Source: a virus
Taxonomy: Duplodnaviria > Caudoviricetes
Direction: 5' to 3' (one strand)
Virus record (IMG/VR): IMGVR_UViG_3300043410_001333
Coordinates: 2,170-66,169 of that record
Length of the DNA stretch: 64,000 bases
The notes below the pieces were generated by a model that ran no database searches, had not been told where the DNA came from, and saw only the letters and a program-made list of their open reading frames with translations. Shown in pieces: positions 29,391-38,959 of the stretch (its first letter is position 1; each line of letters starts with the position of its first letter). The position numbers were made by a program, and so were the translations under genes.

Positions 29391-30625
29391 GCGGATCAAC
29401 AAGCAATTTTTTGTGGCAGGGACAGCCGATCGCGCCTCAGCCAACAGGTAGTGACACCGCCAATTCATTTCCTTTATGGTTGCAAACATACACATATAAT
29501 TTAGCAAACGCGGCACAAAATCTAGCTGCTACGCCTTACACGCCGTTTCCAGGTCAGCAGGTAGCGACACCTTCGCAGACAACACAGAACGCGTGGGGTA
29601 TGGCCGAAAACAATGTGGGCAACTACACACCCGCGTTGAACGCCGCTGTGGCTAATACGTCTGCCGCTGCGGCGCCCATTCAGACGCCTTCTCCGCTTAC
29701 GGCGCAATCTATTACAGCCAACCGTATCGCTAACCCGCAGACCATTACGGCAAACCCGGTAACGTCTAACGCTATTTCAGCGTCTGATATCAACCAGTAT
29801 ATGAATCCGTATGAGAACAGTGTAGTCGGAGCGCTGCGTCAAGCGGCCAACGAAAACCTGTTTACCGACGTTCTGCCGAACGTGCAGGATCGTTTTGTCA
29901 GCGCGGGACAATCACGTTCGCCGCAGGAGATGCAGGCTACCAACAACGCGATATACAAGAGCCAACAGGCACTGGATCAGGCTATCGCTGGATCTTTGGA
30001 ACGAGGCTATAGCGGCGCGCTGAACACAGCCGCACAGCAGCAAGGGTTTTTGACAAACCTAGCCACACAACAGCAGGGCTTCCAGACGGGCCTCGCACAA
30101 CAGCAGCAGGGGGTGCAGCTAGGTCTGGATACTAATCAGCAGCAGTTCTTGACAAATCTAGCGCAGCAAGAGCGCGACAGACAGTTGGCGTTGGACCAGT
30201 ACAATCAAACAACCGGGTTGAATGTCGCGCAAGGCAACCGCGCTGCGGCGCAAGGCGCCGGGGCGCAGTACGGACAACTTGGCGCGCTGACACAGCAACT
30301 TGGCGCGGCGGATGTAGGACAGTTGGCGTCCGCTGGACAAGCACAGGATCAAACAAATCAAGCGAACATTAACGCTGCATTAAATAATTTTTATTCACAG
30401 CAACAATGGCCTTACCAGAACCTTGGTTTTGCCAGCAACGTCGTTCGCGGCTTGCCTGTCAATACCAACCAGCAGGTTGTCGGCCAGACATACAATGTTC
30501 CTTACAGCCCTTCGCCGCTATCGCAGTTCCTCGGAACCACGCTTGGCGCGTCGGCGCTAGGGCTGAAGGACGGTGGTCACGTACGGCGGCGTGACGGCGC
30601 ACTAGCGGTTTGGAAGAAGGTTTAA
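29387..30625 (+). CDS. ejection/internal virion protein (Gln-rich)
   Basis: YMNPY motif, QQQGF repeats, C-terminal LKDGGHV. Confidence 0.65.
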   Translation: MSGSTSNFLWQGQPIAPQPTGSDTANSFPLWLQTYTYNLANAAQNLAATPYTPFPGQQVATPSQTTQNAWGMAENNVGNYTPALNAAVANTSAAAAPIQTPSPLTAQSITANRIANPQTITANPVTSNAISASDINQYMNPYENSVVGALRQAANENLFTDVLPNVQDRFVSAGQSRSPQEMQATNNAIYKSQQALDQAIAGSLERGYSGALNTAAQQQGFLTNLATQQQGFQTGLAQQQQGVQLGLDTNQQQFLTNLAQQERDRQLALDQYNQTTGLNVAQGNRAAAQGAGAQYGQLGALTQQLGAADVGQLASAGQAQDQTNQANINAALNNFYSQQQWPYQNLGFASNVVRGLPVNTNQQVVGQTYNVPYSPSPLSQFLGTTLGASALGLKDGGHVRRRDGALAVWKKV

Positions 30626-30626
30626 C

Positions 30627-32246
30627 ATGGCGGGCGCACTTTCAGGCTACGACGTAAGTCCAGATACTTACAACGGTGATGACGACACCGATTATTCGGA
30701 TTCGCCGCTGTTCATAGGCGCAGCTACCAACGAGATGGTGACGCCTCCCGTACCGCCGCAGGGCGGTGCGTTGTCGGCGCAACCGCCGGATGTGACAGCC
30801 AAGATGAACGCGCTGGACGCGGCAAGCGCACGTCTGCAGGCTGCACGCGACGCCCGCAACGCGCAGCAGAATGGTGGCGTGAACCTACCGCTGTTAGCCG
30901 CAGCCGGGGCGTTGCTTGCGCCTACCCGCGGCGGGGGTTTTGGTGAATCGCTCGGCAACGCCATGACAGCGGCTGTTCCCGTAGCACAAAAACAGCAAGC
31001 GGTTGAAGAACAACGCGCTTTGCAAGCCGCACAGATGGATTGGAACAACGCGCTTCGCAAGGAACAGTTGGCTAATCAGACTTATGCGCGGCAGCAAGCG
31101 GATAAGCGAGAAGATCGCATACGTGAAGAAACAAAAGCGCGTGAAGATCGTATATTGGCGCATCAAGAACGTATGGCGAAACTGGCAGAAGACAAAGCAG
31201 GAACAGGTAAATACGAATATCAAGTATTTCAAGAAACGGACCCTAACGATCCTGAAGGCAAAAAGCAAATTCCTGTTTTGTATAAATTGGATAAGACGGG
31301 TAAAGAAGATCCTGTTCCTGTAAAAAATAACACTATGAAAGTTGGAGCGGTAAACCCCAACGCTAATACAGACCCCGACGCGGAACTATCCGACGACGCT
31401 GCGCAGTTAGCAGCAGAACGTGTAATGGCGGGCGATCCAGGGGCTATGACAAACATAGGCAGAGGTAAACAAGGAGCTAAAAACGTAGCAAAAGTGTACG
31501 AGAAACTGTCTCAAATGACTAAAAATGCAGGACAAACAGGAGCGGACGTGGCGGCAAACCGCGTAGAACTACAAGCCTCGGGAGCGGGAGCGCGATCCGC
31601 TGCGCAACGCGAATCTCTTATGGCTACTGCGATGTTGGAAGCACAAAAATTTGCTCCTATTGCAGTTGATTTATCACGTAAAGTGGATCGCACTAACTAT
31701 CCTGCGCTTAATACAGTTCTAAACGCCACAAAACGTAACACGGGTGATCCAAATATTATTCAGTTACAGATTGCCACAAATGGATTTTTGAACGCTTATG
31801 TAAAAGCTATTACACCAGTAGGTGTTACTACTGAAGGGGCACAGCAGCGTGCGCGTGAACTTCTGGATAGAGCGTGGTCACAAGGGCAGTATGAAGCAGC
31901 TATTAAACAGCTTCAAGTAGAGATGGACGCAGCCATGCAAGCGCCTACAGAAGTCAAGGCGCATATTTTGGATAACATTCGCAAAAGAAAGGTAACACCT
32001 ATTGATCCGTCTACGTTGAACGTTCCTTCGCAGCAGAACGACTCAGCATCTCCCGCAGGGAATACAACACCTTTCGGCACGCCGCGTAATACGCCCGCGC
32101 AACCACAACAGCAACAGAAAGCAGGTGCGGACGCGAGCAATCCTGTAATAGTCAGCACACCGGCAGAAGCGGAAGCGCTTCCACCAGGAACATTTTACGG
32201 TCGCAAAGACGCTAACGGTAATGTTAAAATATATCAGCGTAAGTAG
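30627..32246 (+). CDS. ejection/internal virion protein
   Basis: 539 aa, coiled coil; PTRGGGFGESLGNA; within the ejection cluster. Confidence 0.6.
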   Translation: MAGALSGYDVSPDTYNGDDDTDYSDSPLFIGAATNEMVTPPVPPQGGALSAQPPDVTAKMNALDAASARLQAARDARNAQQNGGVNLPLLAAAGALLAPTRGGGFGESLGNAMTAAVPVAQKQQAVEEQRALQAAQMDWNNALRKEQLANQTYARQQADKREDRIREETKAREDRILAHQERMAKLAEDKAGTGKYEYQVFQETDPNDPEGKKQIPVLYKLDKTGKEDPVPVKNNTMKVGAVNPNANTDPDAELSDDAAQLAAERVMAGDPGAMTNIGRGKQGAKNVAKVYEKLSQMTKNAGQTGADVAANRVELQASGAGARSAAQRESLMATAMLEAQKFAPIAVDLSRKVDRTNYPALNTVLNATKRNTGDPNIIQLQIATNGFLNAYVKAITPVGVTTEGAQQRARELLDRAWSQGQYEAAIKQLQVEMDAAMQAPTEVKAHILDNIRKRKVTPIDPSTLNVPSQQNDSASPAGNTTPFGTPRNTPAQPQQQQKAGADASNPVIVSTPAEAEALPPGTFYGRKDANGNVKIYQRK

Positions 32247-32255
32247 GAAAATTAT

Positions 32256-35200
32256 ATGGCCGAAGATCCGTGGGCGAAACTAGGAACACCTGTAGAGTCT
32301 GACTGGGACGCGCTGGGTACTGCCGTAACCCCCGCTTCTGAACGTACTATGGGCGACTATACGAAGGACATAGTTAAAAGCGCGGGTAAAGGTTTGTCGG
32401 AAGGCGCGGCTGCTGTCTTGGGTATTCCATCCGACGTGTGGAAACTGCTGGACCGAGGTTACCAGTACGCTTTGTCGGAAGTCGCTGAACGTGCTGGCGC
32501 GTTAAAGCCGGGAGACGCCGCGCGCATCCGTAAACCAATAGAAGGACTTGAAGACTACAATCTCACAACGGATGCGCTTACGGATCGTATGCGTAAGATG
32601 GGTGTGCTGCCAGACTACAAACCGCAAACGACAGCGGGAAAGTACGCTGAAACCATATCGTCTTTTGCACCAGGGGCTGTTGCGTTCGGCACACCGGGCG
32701 CGGCCAACATTCCAGGGTCCGTTCTAAAATACGCCGCTGTGCCAGGAGCGGTAAGTGAGACTGCAGGCCAGATTACGGAAGGCACCGAACTAGAACCAGC
32801 CGCTAGGGGTGTTGGTGCTTTGGCTGGTATGGCACCTTCCATGGTGTTTGACGTGTTTCGTTCACCTACGCGTCCTTTGCGCGAAGCGATTAGAAATGCT
32901 TCCGCCGCTGACATGACCGCGGCACAAAAACTGCTAGAAGAATCCCGTCTTTCGGGCGCTCCGTTAACGCTTGCTGAGGCTTTGGACTACACCACTAAAG
33001 GTGCTACGTCACTAGGTGACGTGATGCGGGTCATAGAACAAACCGCAACAGGTTCTCCGACTATGCGTCGGTTCTTTGCAGACCGCCCTGAACAAACGGC
33101 ACAGTTAACCGACAGAACGCTAACGAATATGGCGCCGGGGCAAATAGCGTCAGATACAATCCCGCCGCGCGTGCAAACAGCGGCGCAAAAGGAAATAGCG
33201 ACATCGCCAGAAGGGCAGGCGATGGATCAGAGTATGTTTGCTGTTGGTCCGAGGCTTACACCTGAAGAAACAGGAGCGGCAATTCGTCCTGAAATTCAGC
33301 AGACATACACAGGTCGAGAAGGTATGCGTGCGGCGCAGGCAGACGCAGACTACGCCGCTGCGCGCGCTGCTGACAACAATCCGGAAACTGGCGGTCCTGC
33401 CGAACCCGTGCAAATCGGACCTGTCATAAACTACGTGGACGATCTTTTAGCCAATGCTAAAGGTCCTGTAGCGGCGGCTTTAAGAAGTGTCAGAGAAACA
33501 CTGTTCAGCAACGGACAGCCAGATAAAACAGTTACAGGTCTAGGTAATGCGCGACAAGCTATAACAGGCATAATAAGCCGCGAAACAGCCGCTGGGGATA
33601 GAGTCACATCCCGTGTGTTGGAAGACGTGCTTGGTCAACTTGATAGCGCTCTTGAACAGGTTCCGGCTTACGGTCAAGCCAGACGTAACTTTGCGGCTAA
33701 CTCTGAACCACTACGGCCTTTTGAAGAAGGCACAGTCGGTGGGAAAATCGTAGAAAAAGATCAATACGGACGTAACTACACCCTACCGACAGAACAAATT
33801 CCGTCTACGATAGAAAAAGCGGGCGCTACAGGAGCGGATCAGTTTCTGGAAGCAGCGGCGAACAGTCCGAATGCGAAGAACGCTTTCAGTTGGTATTTTG
33901 CTAACAAAATGCTGGAAAACGCTCGCGATTCTGCGGGCAAAATAGACGTAGGTAAGTTGAAAACACTGCTTGCCGACAACGAAGATTTACTGAAACGTTT
34001 TCCAGATATACGCAACCGCTTGGGAAATGTTCAGCAAGCGCGAGAAGCGTTGGGCGTGCTGGAAACATCGCCTACAGGTAAACTTGCTGATACAGAATCG
34101 TTTTCAAAACAGATAAACGTGTTGTTTCCGCCTGCTAACAGCCGTGAACTTGTTCCTGGTATGGAAAAGACGGTTGGAAAAGCAGTGTCTGACGTAGTTA
34201 AACACGATCCCGAAGCGGCGTCACAACTTGTCAGACTTTACGCAGAACAAGCGTTCAATAAGGCTGCGGAAGTTAAGCAAGGAGTTGCTAATCAGTGGGC
34301 AGGACCACGTTTTGTAGCACAGTTGACCGGCAACACGCAGATGGCGGAAAACCTGAAAGCGGCTGTGACCGCACTTCCTAACGGTGGTGTTCGGTGGAAT
34401 GCTATGCAAAAAGCGTTGAAGATAATGCAAGCACAAGGCATGCGCCAGCCTGTAGGGTCTAAAACAGCTTTCAATACGCAAATGCAAAGCGAAATGAAAC
34501 AGGGATCGTTGGCTGCTGATGTAGCGGCTCACATACCGAGTCCGTCAGGTATGGCAGGGGCGGTTGCTAAATGGTTTGAAGAACTTCGCTACGGAAACAG
34601 AGCGTCTGAATTTGCGAAAGTATTTACGGAAGGCAACATAGACGATCTTCGTAAGTTGTCCAAGGCCCCCGTAGGTTCGTCTAAAGGCGTGACTGCGTTG
34701 AACGACGTACTTGTAGCAACAGACGAACCGGAACGTGCAAATTACGCACGCGGAGGCTCCGTAGACACGTCCCTTCCCTACTCGGACCCTTCCGATCCGA
34801 CTGAATCGTCCAGCGCACCTTCGCCCTATCTGATGACGGTGTTTCAGGAAGCGTCCAAGTCTTCGGGTGTTCCGCTTGACGTGTTGTTGGCGGTTGCGAA
34901 ACGAGAATCAAATTTCAACCCCAAGGCACGCGGCCGCAGCGGCGAGATGGGTTTGATGCAGATCATGCCGTCAACCGCACGCCAGCCTGGATATGGTGTA
35001 GCACCAGTTGACGACACGGAATTGTTTAATCCATCAACCAATATCAACTTCGGCGCGCAGTATCTCGCGGCACGTGCGAAGTCTGAAGGGGTGAAGGATT
35101 GGAACGATCCGATCCAACGTGCCAAGGCGCTGAAAGCCTACAACGGTGGGGGTGATCCGAACTACGTGGAAAACGTCAGCCGCTATCTACCGCAAACACC

Positions 35201-35837
35201 AACCGAGCCGGTGCAGCCCGTAGAGGAAACAGCCGAAACGACGGACAATACCATACCAGAAGTGACGGTTGGTGAACTACCACCTTTGCAGCCTGAAAGC
35301 CTGTCACCACAGCAGCGCGCACAGGTGCTGGCGTATGTCCAGAAACTTCTAGGTAATCAGCGGTATTTCGCAGAAGGCGGTCTTGTCCAATCGGACGTGC
35401 CGACAACACCTGAACCGCAGCGCGATATCGCAGCGCAAACCGACACCATGGCTGACCCAGCCGCTGGCAAGGACGCGGTGTTCATCGCGACAGGTTCGCC
35501 CCTGCCGTCTGATATTCCCGATGGTGCGATCCTGGTCAAGAGACCGGAGGGTTTCCTGCTGACCATGAATCCGCAAAAAGCAGCAGCCTATCAGGAAGCC
35601 CCTGAACTGACAGATACGTTCATGGCGGATATCCTCGGCTACTCGGAGCCGAAGTCACAGACCGAGAACCCCGTTGTCATGCAAGGCGTTCAACCGCCGG
35701 ACCAAGTGACATCGGAACAACTGGCCACACCCGGCAACGAAGACGCCGCGGTGCAAGCCATTCTAGCGCAAGATCCGACAGCGGCGCTGCGCGTAATGAC
35801 ACCAGACCAAGCACAGCAGCGGCGTGCCGCAGCCTAA
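32256..35837 (+). CDS. large ejection protein with lytic transglycosylase (SLT) domain
   Basis: ESNFNP..GLMQIMPST..NINFGAQYL..AYNGG; YARGG and FAEGG motifs flank the SLT domain. Confidence 0.8.
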   Translation: MAEDPWAKLGTPVESDWDALGTAVTPASERTMGDYTKDIVKSAGKGLSEGAAAVLGIPSDVWKLLDRGYQYALSEVAERAGALKPGDAARIRKPIEGLEDYNLTTDALTDRMRKMGVLPDYKPQTTAGKYAETISSFAPGAVAFGTPGAANIPGSVLKYAAVPGAVSETAGQITEGTELEPAARGVGALAGMAPSMVFDVFRSPTRPLREAIRNASAADMTAAQKLLEESRLSGAPLTLAEALDYTTKGATSLGDVMRVIEQTATGSPTMRRFFADRPEQTAQLTDRTLTNMAPGQIASDTIPPRVQTAAQKEIATSPEGQAMDQSMFAVGPRLTPEETGAAIRPEIQQTYTGREGMRAAQADADYAAARAADNNPETGGPAEPVQIGPVINYVDDLLANAKGPVAAALRSVRETLFSNGQPDKTVTGLGNARQAITGIISRETAAGDRVTSRVLEDVLGQLDSALEQVPAYGQARRNFAANSEPLRPFEEGTVGGKIVEKDQYGRNYTLPTEQIPSTIEKAGATGADQFLEAAANSPNAKNAFSWYFANKMLENARDSAGKIDVGKLKTLLADNEDLLKRFPDIRNRLGNVQQAREALGVLETSPTGKLADTESFSKQINVLFPPANSRELVPGMEKTVGKAVSDVVKHDPEAASQLVRLYAEQAFNKAAEVKQGVANQWAGPRFVAQLTGNTQMAENLKAAVTALPNGGVRWNAMQKALKIMQAQGMRQPVGSKTAFNTQMQSEMKQGSLAADVAAHIPSPSGMAGAVAKWFEELRYGNRASEFAKVFTEGNIDDLRKLSKAPVGSSKGVTALNDVLVATDEPERANYARGGSVDTSLPYSDPSDPTESSSAPSPYLMTVFQEASKSSGVPLDVLLAVAKRESNFNPKARGRSGEMGLMQIMPSTARQPGYGVAPVDDTELFNPSTNINFGAQYLAARAKSEGVKDWNDPIQRAKALKAYNGGGDPNYVENVSRYLPQTPTEPVQPVEETAETTDNTIPEVTVGELPPLQPESLSPQQRAQVLAYVQKLLGNQRYFAEGGLVQSDVPTTPEPQRDIAAQTDTMADPAAGKDAVFIATGSPLPSDIPDGAILVKRPEGFLLTMNPQKAAAYQEAPELTDTFMADILGYSEPKSQTENPVVMQGVQPPDQVTSEQLATPGNEDAAVQAILAQDPTAALRVMTPDQAQQRRAAA

Positions 35838-35851
35838 AGGAGATTAAACAC

Positions 35852-36526
35852 GTGAAGAAGTTCATTCTAGCTTTCATTTTCGGCGCATTGTTCGTGGCGT
35901 CCATTTCGGTAGCCAACGCGCAGCAGACGTATATTTGCATCAAAACGGGCAGCGGCTGTCAGATTGTTGACGCCACACACCCCCTCCCGGTAGGTGCTAC
36001 GATTTCTGGAACCGTGACTGTTACCGGCGATGTTACTGTTACCGGCGGCACCGTTACAGCCAATGTGGTCAACCCGAGCATCATATCGTCTCAATCTACT
36101 CCTACCGTAACCGCGGGTGCGTATTCCAGCGGCTACAGCCTGGGTGGTTTGCTGACGTTGGCCAATGTGGTTGCAGCAAACGGCAATCAGGTTTTCATCC
36201 AGTCCGCTACAGTGGCGTTCAAGTCCGGTGCTATTCCAGCCATGGACGTTATCTTCTTCAACGCCAATCCCACCTCGTCTACGATCACGGATAATCAGGC
36301 CATCGCGGTCAACTCGGCCGATCTGGGTAAGATTGTTGGTGTAGCGCATATTGCGGATTGCACCTTGGCAGCGGCGTCAACAGAATCCGTATGTCAGGCG
36401 CAGAATCTGGTTATCCCTGCCGTGTTGTCTACCACATCGCTGTATGCCGCTGTTGTTGTTCGGGCGTCAGTGACACCGGGCAGCACGTCGGACGTTATCG
36501 CAACTATTCGTTCTGTGCGGAACTAA
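35852..36526 (+). CDS. hypothetical beta-rich protein with predicted Sec signal peptide
   Basis: MKK + hydrophobic core + ANA cleavage site; AAGGAG RBS. Confidence 0.65.
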   Translation: MKKFILAFIFGALFVASISVANAQQTYICIKTGSGCQIVDATHPLPVGATISGTVTVTGDVTVTGGTVTANVVNPSIISSQSTPTVTAGAYSSGYSLGGLLTLANVVAANGNQVFIQSATVAFKSGAIPAMDVIFFNANPTSSTITDNQAIAVNSADLGKIVGVAHIADCTLAAASTESVCQAQNLVIPAVLSTTSLYAAVVVRASVTPGSTSDVIATIRSVRN

Positions 36527-36527
36527 C

Positions 36528-37580
36528 ATGTTCATGAAGCGCCTCTTAGCGGTTCTATTCGCCGCTGTCATGTATGTGACGGCGGCGCACGCGGGTTCGG
36601 CGGAATTCGTACGTCTGGAAGGCGCTGCTGTTCCGCCGCCTACTATCGATTTCAATTTTCTTACCATGGCACAAAAAGGTGTCATGGACAGCCGTATCGT
36701 GTGTTCTCGTGGCACGACAGCCACAGACGGCTTGTACACCGACGCCGCTGGGTCATCGTACAACAGTTACTTGGTAGACCAAGTGCGGCTCATTTCCGGA
36801 AAAGGCGTCCTTCTGGAAATGTCCAAGACGAACCGGTTACTAAACAGCGCCACACCCGCTACGCAAACGACAGGTTCTCTGGCTACAGGATCTTATATCC
36901 TTTGGGTTGTTGGCACTGGAAACGCCGCTGTTGCCGCTGCTACAGCTACCGGCACCGGTTTCGGGACAGCGACAGGCGGCAGTCCGGTCAGGTTTACCAT
37001 AACAGGGGCTGGTACAGTGACAGTCACTGTAACAGGTTCTTTGAATCGTTTTCAGTTAGAAGAAGGCTCTTTCGCCACGTCGTTCATTCCGACCGCAGGT
37101 GTTATAGCAACCCGCGGTGTAGACCGATGCGATATGACGTACGCCACTAAACAAGCGTTTTCTTTCTCTGTCACCGCCATGATGCCGGACGCCACAGCTA
37201 CAACCGTCATCGTGCGACATTTGGTCAATTTCAACAGCAGCGATTCATCGCGTGTTGGGATTCGTATACAAACGACCACCGCGTTTCCGCAGATGCAGAT
37301 TTTAGGTGGAACCGGAGCAACAGCGGGTGGCAATACAGGCGCTTACGTAAGCGGTCAGTATTTTACACAGACCGTGGTGCTGACGGGAACGAACTACGTT
37401 CAAACCAAGAGCCAAGGTAGCACGTTGTTCGCAGCCGCTACGGTGCCCAGCGGCAACACGACGATATCGTTTGGACAAACGTCTACGTCGTCTTCTACCG
37501 GATGGGGCGGCTTTATTTCACGTTTTCGCTACTGGCCCGCACCTATGGGCGTAAACCAAGCAATAGCGACGACTAGGTAA
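36528..37580 (+). CDS. spike/fibre-like ConA-type domain protein with predicted signal peptide
   Basis: MKRLLAVLFAAVMYVTAAHA signal; GVLLE.SKTNRL..QLEEGSFATSFIPT..TR..D motifs typical of phage spike fibres. Confidence 0.6.
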   Translation: MFMKRLLAVLFAAVMYVTAAHAGSAEFVRLEGAAVPPPTIDFNFLTMAQKGVMDSRIVCSRGTTATDGLYTDAAGSSYNSYLVDQVRLISGKGVLLEMSKTNRLLNSATPATQTTGSLATGSYILWVVGTGNAAVAAATATGTGFGTATGGSPVRFTITGAGTVTVTVTGSLNRFQLEEGSFATSFIPTAGVIATRGVDRCDMTYATKQAFSFSVTAMMPDATATTVIVRHLVNFNSSDSSRVGIRIQTTTAFPQMQILGGTGATAGGNTGAYVSGQYFTQTVVLTGTNYVQTKSQGSTLFAAATVPSGNTTISFGQTSTSSSTGWGGFISRFRYWPAPMGVNQAIATTR

Positions 37581-37712
37581 AATATAACCCTTTATTTTTT
37601 AGTAGCGCGCATGGTATATTTCAACTTGTGTCGAGAGGAAACAACCCCGTGCTATGTTCCACATAGTCGGTTTCTAGGAGAAATACAGTGACTTATATCA
37701 CGTATATCCGGG

Positions 37713-37931
37713 ATGCCGGTGCCTGAGAAAAGCGGGAATGGCCATGAGAATGCGAATGCTCAAATGCGAAAAGACGAAAAACGTGAAAAGATCGTCCAGA
37801 TCGCAAATCTGGCTAAGAGTGCCGTGCCGTGGATAGCGCTGAAACTTGGAGAGGCGTTTCTTTCGACCATTGGCGCAGTCATTGGCGGCGCCGTGGCGGC
37901 GTATGTGCTGCGCTATATTGCTGGGCCGTAA
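37713..37931 (+). CDS. small membrane protein (lysis-related?)
   Basis: C-terminal hydrophobic helix. Confidence 0.5.
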   Translation: MPVPEKSGNGHENANAQMRKDEKREKIVQIANLAKSAVPWIALKLGEAFLSTIGAVIGGAVAAYVLRYIAGP

Positions 37932-38001
37932 GCAGACACGGCTGCCGCTACTGCACACTTTTTACATTGTCGTTCATTATTACATCTGTAGCGGTGTGGT
38001 T

Positions 38002-38250
38002 ATGACAAGTGTCAATATTCTCGGTAGTCTTGTTCTAGCCGCTTTCGCTTTGGCGGTGTATCTGGTGTTGTCACGTTCCATTCCGCAAGGCTCTACAGAC
38101 GCCGCCAACGTGATGCTTGGCACGCTGGGCGCCATGGCACTCACAGTGGTTCAGTATACGTTCGGGTCCAGCGCTGGAAGTGCGGCTAAAGCGGCTCAGT
38201 TGGCCGAAGCACAGAAGACTTTGCTGGAAAAGACAAACCCGCAGGCGTAA
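38002..38250 (+). CDS. holin-like 2-TM protein
   Basis: Two hydrophobic helices and Y.FGSS.GS..K motif. Confidence 0.6.
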   Translation: MTSVNILGSLVLAAFALAVYLVLSRSIPQGSTDAANVMLGTLGAMALTVVQYTFGSSAGSAAKAAQLAEAQKTLLEKTNPQA

Positions 38251-38260
38251 CCTGCGGGTT
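38236..38260. terminator. hairpin at the convergent module boundary
   Basis: 10-bp perfect stem AACCCGCAGG/CCTGCGGGTT where + and - modules meet. Confidence 0.65.
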
Positions 38261-38265
38261 CGGTG

Positions 38266-38547
38266 TCAAAGAAACGGACGGATAAACGCTTCGCCGTCCG
38301 ATGTCAGATTGACGAATATGCTACGTGCGTCGCTGAAATTGGCTGTACGCTCAACCAGCGGCGGCTGTATTTCGTGTTCAAGTCGGTTAACCGCCTTGAC
38401 AACGGCTGACCTGGATAGCCCTAACCTTTCAGACAGATCCTTGACAGTGCGCTTGCGCACATTGCATTCAGCGAGAATGGCAACCTGACTGAATGTCAGA
38501 TTGACCCCGCGGCGGACAATCGTCAGGACTCCCAGTTCAAACTGCAT
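38266..38547 (-). CDS. MarR-type winged-helix DNA-binding protein
   Basis: LTFSQVAIL..TVKDLSERLGLSRSAVVKAVNRL..LVER..DARSIFVNLT.DG. Confidence 0.8.
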   Translation of the reverse strand: MQFELGVLTIVRRGVNLTFSQVAILAECNVRKRTVKDLSERLGLSRSAVVKAVNRLEHEIQPPLVERTANFSDARSIFVNLTSDGEAFIRPFL

Positions 38548-38900
38548 CAGGCTACCGCGCGACCGTTGCGGAACTGCTTGACGATAGTAGCATTGGCTGG
38601 CGTAGCCCAACCCGTGCCGTTCAGTGCGTCCAGAATGGTGTCCAGACTGGCCTTGTCGGCATGGTGCTGGCGCACCACAGCTTCCATATACAGGCCGTCG
38701 TCAGCGGTGGTGCCGTCGCGAGCGGCCTTGTTGGCGATGGTCTGCGACGAATAGAATCGCGTTACAGGCGCAGACGGCAAACCGGCATCCGCGTCGGCAC
38801 GGTTGCCCGTGAAACTTACACTGTAGGTCTTTGGCATGAAGGGGTCCGAAAAGGGCGGCGGTCTATTAAACCGCCGCGAGTTGGTAGGTGTGGATGACAT
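38547..38900 (-). CDS. hypothetical protein (start uncertain)
   Basis: ORF whose stop overlaps the MarR ATG. Confidence 0.5.
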   Translation of the reverse strand: MSSTPTNSRRFNRPPPFSDPFMPKTYSVSFTGNRADADAGLPSAPVTRFYSSQTIANKAARDGTTADDGLYMEAVVRQHHADKASLDTILDALNGTGWATPANATIVKQFRNGRAVA

Positions 38901-38959
38901 GCGTAGCAAGTCGCTACAGGTCGCGTATAGCCCAAGTAACGAAAGGTGTCAACGAAGTC

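Noticed and set aside
37580-38250. Complete lysis cassette
   Set aside because: Only small membrane proteins are present; no endolysin or spanin recognised, and the SLT domain belongs to an ejection protein.
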